A stretch of 63,430 bases of DNA, the filler included, from Eremomyces bilateralis CBS 781.70 (lineage: Eukaryota): NCBI GenBank assembly GCA_010015585.1. It is 16 parts of 16 records of this genome, joined end to end, with 100 filler letters (N's around TTAATTAATTAA, not from the genome) between each part and the next. Parts side by side here need not be neighbours in the genome. Positions count along the whole stretch, not along the records: positions 61,503 to 63,430 come from ML975233.1; 15 more parts are not named here. One strand, given 5' to 3'. Shown here one piece after another: positions 61,503-63,430 of the stretch. The translations under genes were made by a program, and so were the position numbers. The notes below the pieces were generated by a model, which was not told the DNA's origin, did not search any database, and saw only the letters and a list, made by a program, of their open reading frames with translations. Every line of letters begins with the position of its first letter. Within the stretch, counting starts at the first letter, position 1.

Positions 61503-63430
61503 TTGTAGCTTGTTCGTATCACTCTGTGTCTCTCTTGAAGCTGCTTGTGTGGATAGAGCTTGCGGTGGAGAGAGGAACCCTGATGGTACTTCGTATTGGA
61601 CTAGATTTGAGCTAGGAACTGTTGTGTCTTCGTCGATTGGAAACAGTTCCGTATCCGACTCATCTATATCAATCTCGTTGATAGTGATTGACAATGCTTG
61701 TCCGGTTTCAGGAGGGCTTTCAACGAGCTGCGGATCATACATGACCTTCTCGTCTACTTGTACATCCCGAGATATGACAACACGATCTAGATGTGGGATC
61801 CAGACTTTGTAGATGTTGGTCGCGTCTAGCCCGACAAGCCATCCCATGATTGCTTTCTCTTTCAGCTTTGCTGTGGCTGGACGAACCCTTTTGTTTTTGA
61901 TCAAGACATATGCACGAGACCCAATGATTTTGAGATATGAGAGGTTGGGTTTGCGGCCATGGACCATCTCAAAAGGTGTTTGCCATCCTTTCCGCTGTAC
62001 CGGAATACGGTTGAGGAGTCGAGTAGCGTACGCAACGAGATATGGCCAGAGTTTGTGAGGTAGTCTGCTCTGGATGCCAATTTTGCGCGCTGTAGCCATA
62101 ATCACCCCCCCAGAACGTTCTGCAGGACTGTTCTGGTCTGGAGTATCTGGTGGAGATAGGTTGAATGTGATGCCCTTCATGGAGACGAGGTCCTTCCACG
62201 CATGGCCTAGGCCTTTTTCGCCATCTGATTGAATGTATCGCGTTGTGAAGCCCCAGTTGTCATTCGTGATCAAAAGGAACTCTCGACTTTTGTAGCTGTG
62301 CTAAACGCAAGCTTTGATGTAGCAAACTATGCCCTCGACCTAGTTGTTGCCGAAGTCGAGGCTGATGTGTTGCTCTCCTGTATTGCGTTTTCAGGTTGGC
62401 TTTTGGAGGTATCAGCGGGCTAAAAGTCTAGCAAAGCCATTTGAGATATGTCACTTTCGACTCGCTCAGATTCTCGATCTTGTACCGCTTCGCGTTGTTG
62501 ACGAGAGCAGGCCATCGACTAAGCCACTTATCGAGACCGATCTGATTGATTATCACAGAGTATGCGAGGAAGGTGTTCAGGATCAAACTGTACCTGTGCA
62601 AACAGCCTGTATCGACCTATTGTCTCCCTCGCTATGTGTGATAGCGATAAAAGCTCCGCTTCAGTTGTTGACGTGGTTACAGTCTTCTGTTTAGACGACT
62701 GCCACATGATTGATCCGCAGAACATCTTCATAAGGTAACCTTGCGTAGATTTTCGAGTCTCTGGATCATCCGCGAGCGATGCGTCGCTTGACAGCTGTAG
62801 TACTTCATCATTGTCTGTCTCTACTACTGTGGAGTGGTCCACAGAGCCCAAGAACTCGATGGTGTAGTACTTTGTGGTCTGGAGATGTGAGAGAACTCGA
62901 TTTGCGTACCGCAAGTGCTCTGGTGAAGGGTTCGTAGCGAACTGACTTTAACTGGCTGGCTGCAAAGGAGACATCCGGTCTTGATACCATTGCTGCATAC
63001 AGTATTGAACCTAACCTTTCCTACATCTCTGTGATCTGTTGAATTGATTCTTGCTGAATTCTTGCTGAATTCTTGCTTGATTCTTGCTTAGCTCAGCCAA
63101 TATCTGAGGTCTTTTGCTTGAATGTAAGGCGGGGTTGTCGTATTTGCTTTTTCTATAACCCCTCTTTTTGTGTAGCCGGCCTAATATTATGCCGACTGAG
63201 GAGGATCGTTCTCATGAGGAGAACTGTTCCTTCGAAGAGAATCGTTTCTCGTGAGAAGAGTGTTATTGCGATAGATATATCGCGGATAATGCTGTGTAGC
63301 AGAGGAGGAGTGGGTTTAGCGCTTTGGGCTCATAACTGTCGCACGTGATGTGCTAAAATGGTTGGGAGTGAGGTGCTGTTGTTCCAGCAGCGAAGTTGTT
63401 TGTATTGTGTGTTGTGTGTAAGTTGTGTGT
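61503..63430 (-). mobile_element. Rearranged Ty1/Copia element: 5' LTR end (63337-63430), PBS (63326-63336), RT end/RNase H (~63020-62540), integrase core (~62270-61503)
   Basis: IQSDGE, DQNSPAER, ISRDVQVDE; SDASLADD..RKST.GY, STTEAE; PBS GTTATGAGCCC. Confidence 0.85.

Noticed and set aside
1..63430. One Starship-like giant element or a metabolic gene cluster (SDR, ligase, esterase, MFS)
   Set aside because: The genes lie on separate size-sorted contigs and no DUF3435 captain is recognisable

Overview
Filamentous ascomycete (Pezizomycotina-type) genomic DNA, but not a contiguous locus. It is 16 unplaced contigs joined in strictly decreasing length order by artificial 100-nt N linkers containing TTAATTAATTAA, so adjacency across gaps means nothing. 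The content is repeat-rich and shows RIP-type mutation. Contigs 1 and 2 are reverse-complement copies of a head-to-head AAA+ ATPase / two-TM-protein gene pair. Mobile elements include Ty3/Gypsy chromoviruses, a scrambled Copia, Tad-like LINE ends, several LTR families (three solo LTRs with 5-bp TSDs), two AcademH-like (DUF6589 transposase + RecQ) elements and a TLH-like RecQ gene that appears to carry a tyrosine-recombinase domain. There is also a LINE-disrupted RdRP/Upf1-like helicase pseudogene, a partial 28S rRNA gene interrupted by an LTR element, and ordinary genes (SDR, 4CL-like ligase, carboxylesterase, MFS sugar transporter). Most notable: a chromovirus carries, between its integrase and its PPT/3' LTR, an intact three-exon antisense gene encoding an atypical Zn-cluster-like/NLS/coiled-coil protein. 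The same family is self-priming and has inserted into 28S rDNA. All family and domain names come from motif recognition by eye, not database searches.
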